From: Bugula neritina
Taxonomy: Eukaryota; Animalia; Bryozoa
Length of the DNA: 64,000 nucleotides
Direction: 5' to 3'
NCBI GenBank assembly: GCA_964035545.1
Contig: OZ037765.1
Span: forward strand, 15,374,795-15,438,794
The translations under genes and the position numbers were made by a program. This document shows positions 61,084 to 64,000 of the stretch, piece by piece. Position 1 is the stretch's first letter. Every line of letters starts with the position of its first letter. The notes beneath the pieces are model-generated. The model did not search any database and was not told the origin of the DNA. It saw only the letters and a list, made by a program, of their open reading frames with translations.

Positions 61084-64000
61084 TTTTAGGCATTTTTTAG
61101 CACATTTAGGCACTTTAAGCACATTTAGGCACTTTTAGGCACTTTTAGTCACTTTTTACCACACTTAGGCACTATTAGCACATTTAGGCACATTTAGGCA
61201 CTTTTAGGCACTTTCCAGCACATTTGGGCACTTTTAGCACATTTAGGCACTTTTAGGCACATTTTAGCACATTTGGGCACTTTTCAGCACATTTAGGCAC
61301 TTTTAGCACATTTGGGCACATTTAGGCACTGTTTAGCACTTTTAGGCACTTTCCAGCACATTTGGGCACTTTTAGCACATTTAGGCACTTTAAGGCACTT
61401 TTTAGAAGATTTGGGCACTTTTAGGCACTTTCCAGCACATTTGGGCACTTTTAGCACATTTAGGCACTTTTAGCACATTTAGGCACATTTAGGCACTTTT
61501 AAGCACTTTCCAGCACATTTGGGCACTTTTAGCACATTTAGGCACATTTAGGCACTTTTTAGCACATTTAGGCACTTTTAGGCACTTTCCAGCACATTTG
61601 GGCAGTTTTAGCACATTTAGGCACTTTTTAGCACATTTAGGCACTTTTTAGCCTATTTAGGCATTTTTTAGCACATTTAGGCACTTTTTAGCACATTTTG
61701 GCACTTTCAGCACACTTAGGCACATTTCGGCACTTTTTAGCACATTTGGGCACTTTCCAGCACATTTGGGCACTTTTAGCACATTTGGGCACATTTAGGC
61801 ACTTTTTAGCACATTTAGGCACTTTTCAGCACATTTAGGCGCTTTTAGGCACTTTCCAGCACATTTGGGCACTTTTAGCACATTTAGGCACATTTAGGCA
61901 CTTTTTAGCACATTTAGGCACTTTTAGGCACTTTCCAGCACATTTGGGCACTTTTAGCACACTTAGGCACTTTTTAGCACATTTAGGCCCTTTTTAGCCT
62001 ATTTAGGCATTTTTTAGCACATTTAGGCACTTTTTAGCACATTTTGGCACTTTCAGCACACCTAGGCACATTTAGGCACTTTTTAGCACATTTGGGCACT
62101 TTCCAGCACATTTGGGCACTTTTAGCACATTTGGCACATTTAGGCACTTTTTAGCACATTTGGGCACTTTTCAGCACATTTAGGCGCTTTTAGCACATTT
62201 AGGCACATTTAGGCACTGTTTAGTACATTTAGGCACTTTTAGGGACTTTCCAGCACATTTGGGAGCTTTTAGCACATTTAGGCACTTTTAGCACATTTAG
62301 GCACATTTAGGCACTTTTAGGCACTTTCCAGCACATTTGGGCACTTTTAGGGACTTTCCAGCACATTTGGGAGCTTTTAGCACATTTAGGCACTTTTAGC
62401 ACATTTAGGCACATTTAGGCACTTTTAGGCACTTTCCAGCACATTTGGGCACTTTTAGCACATTTAGGCACTTTTAGGCACTTTGTACCACATTTGGGGA
62501 TTTTTCAGCACATTTAGGCACTTTTAGCACATTTGGGCACATTTAGGCACTGTTTAGCACTTTTAGGCACTTTTAGGCACTTTCCAGCACATTTGGGCAC
62601 TTTTAGCACATTTAGGCACATTTAGGCACTTTTTAGCACATTTAGGCACTTTTAGGCACTTTCCAGCACATTTGGGCACTTTTAGCACACTTAGGCACTT
62701 TTTAGCACATTTAGGCACTTTTTAGCCTATTTAGGCATTTTTTAGCACATTTAGGCACTTTTTAGCACATTTTGGCACTTTCAGCACATTTGGGCACTTT
62801 TAGCACATTTGGGCACATTTCAGCACATTTAGGCGCTTTTAGCACATTTAGGCACTTTTCAGCACATTTAGGCACTTTTAGGCACTTTCCAGCACATTTG
62901 GCCACTTTTAGCACATTTAGGCACTTTTAGCACATTTAGGCACATTTAGGCACTTTTAGGCACTTTCCAGCACATTTGGGCACTTTTAGCACATTTAGGC
63001 ACATTTAGGCACTTTTCAGCACATTTAGGCACTTTTAGCACATTTAGGCACTTATTACCACATTTAGGCACTTTTTAGCACATTTAGGCACTTTTAGCAT
63101 ATTTAGGCACATTTAGGCACATTTAGGCACTTTTAGCACATTTAGGCACATTTAGGCACTTTTAGGCACTTTCCAGCACATTTAGGCACTTTTAGCACAT
63201 TTAGGCACATTTAGGCACTTTTCAGCACATTTAGGCACTTTTAGCACATTTAGGCACATTCAGGCACTTTTTAGCACATTTAGGCACTTTTTAGCACATT
63301 TAGGCACTTTTAGCATATTTAGGCACATTTAGGCACTTTTTAGCACATTTAGGCTCTTTTTCAGCCTATTTGGGCATTTTTTAGCATATTGAGGCACTTT
63401 TTAGCACATTTCGGCACTTTCAGCACATTTAGGCACATTTAGGCACTTTTTAGCACATTTGGGCACTTTCCAGCACATTTGGGCACTTTTAGCACATTTG
63501 GGCACATTTAGGCACTTTTTAGCACATTTAGGCACTTTTCAGCACATTTAGGCACTTTTAGCACATTGAGGCGCATTTAGGCACTGTTTAGCACATTTAG
63601 GCACTTTTAGGCACTTTCCAGCACATTTGGGCACTTTTAGCACATTTAGGTACTTTTAGCACATTTAGGCACTTTTAGCACATTTAGTCACTTTTAGGCA
63701 CTTTCCAGCACATTTAGGCACTTTTAGCACATTTAGGCACATTTAGGCATTTTTTAGCACATTTAGGCCTTTTTAAGCACCTTTAGGCACTTTTAGTACA
63801 TTTAGGCACTTTTTAGCACATTTAGGCATTTTTAGTACATTTAGGCATATTAAGACTTTTTTAGGCACTTTTAGGCACTTTTTAGCACATTTAGGCACTT
63901 TTGGCCCATTTAGGCACTTTTAGGCATTTTTTAGCACATTTAGGCACTTTTAGCACATTTAGGCACTTTTAGGCACTTTTTAGCACACTTAGGCACTATT
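61084..64000. repeat. Satellite B: 9-11-bp monomer array (TTAGGCACTT / TTAGCACAT / TTGGGCACTT / TTCCAGCACAT); open at the right window edge
   Basis: A GCAC core recurs every 9-11 nt, separated by T-tracts. It starts at the first base after the right TIR and runs to the window end. Confidence 0.98.

Noticed and set aside
61084-64000. True telomere or de novo telomere addition at the element end
   Set aside because: There is no run of pure (TTAGG)n, (TTAGGC)n or (TTAGGG)n. Units are 9-11 bp with higher-order duplications typical of a satellite.

Overview
This window looks like eukaryotic heterochromatin and has no credible protein-coding gene. Bases 1-58537 are one uninterrupted satellite (satellite A) in a single orientation. 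Its 10-bp monomers (ATACTGAAAT, ACACTGCAAC, ATACTGCAAC, ACACTGTAAC) mostly alternate as a 20-bp dimer, organised into layered kilobase-scale higher-order duplications (offsets 1631/4804, 4356, 2618/2178, 9956, 14752, 5726). All ORFs in the supplied track are artefacts of this repeat. Bases 61084-64000 are a second, distinct satellite (satellite B: TTAGGCAC(A/T)T / TTAGCACAT, 9-11 bp). The only non-satellite DNA, 58538-61083 (2546 bp), is bounded exactly by CACAGTTGGTTTAAGGTCAT inverted repeats. I read it as a non-autonomous CAC...GTG DNA transposon (Transib, Chapaev or RAG-like type ends). Its terminal inverted repeats (TIRs) are bipartite with unequal spacers (20 vs 28 bp). It has no target-site duplication (TSD): one end cuts satellite A and the other cuts satellite B, so it appears to have joined the two arrays. 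It carries a degenerate tRNA-like Pol III cassette and no recognisable transposase.
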